Assembly (NCBI GenBank): GCA_050293845.1
Contig: JBNKNM010000040.1
Location: 1-35,106 of the forward strand
DNA: 35,106 bases
DNA from: Pseudobacteriovorax sp.
GTDB lineage: Bacteria > Bdellovibrionota_B > Oligoflexia > Oligoflexales > Oligoflexaceae
Direction of reading: 5' to 3'
In this document: piece after piece, positions 34,982 to 35,106 of the stretch
Layout: each line of letters begins with the position of its first letter
How positions within the stretch are numbered: position 1 is the first letter of the stretch
Program-made: the position numbers and the translations under genes
The notes under the pieces: model-generated
The model's database searches: none
Told to the model about the DNA's origin: nothing
Seen by the model: only the letters and a program-made list of their open reading frames with translations

Positions 34982-35106
34982 CTCTCAATCCTTTAGAAGA
35001 TGAATTTTTAGAGCTATGTATGACCCATAACCTTCATTTGTTCCACTAATATTAACGCACTAAGACTTAATAATAGAGTGCCAGTTAGAATCCTCAATAT
35101 TTTATT

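Overview
Bacterial chromosomal window, probably Bdellovibrionota/Oligoflexia-like (inferred from the orphan lipoproteins, repeated FliA-type promoter motifs and a Myxococcus-style EPS locus). From left to right: (1) the 5' scaffold of an IscB/IsrB-type omega RNA (IS200/IS605 end, minus strand, truncated by the window edge) abutting a decayed secreted sphingomyelinase-D-like gene; (2) cytochrome b, OB-fold protein, OsmC, dienelactone hydrolase and a full-length Vps62/DUF946 protein; (3) a tightly coupled operon of a signal-peptide-bearing LOG-family nucleosidase, deoC and a GlpT/UhpT-family sugar-phosphate transporter. This is my best candidate for an undescribed system: extracytoplasmic dNMP deglycosylation, then deoxyribose-5-phosphate uptake and cleavage; (4) a large orphan lipoprotein; (5) an AT-rich ~22 kb Wzx/Wzy exopolysaccharide locus. 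It has a priming transferase, GT2, WecB/TagA, a Wzc with a degenerate kinase domain, Wzy, a short OPX plus a separate beta-barrel, a deacetylase, Wzx, GH44, a GT2-acetyltransferase fusion, three ATP-grasp ligases, two GNATs and a His-less Hpt; (6) two small lipoproteins. No rRNA, tRNA or CRISPR array was seen. All family calls come from motif recognition by eye; no searches were run.
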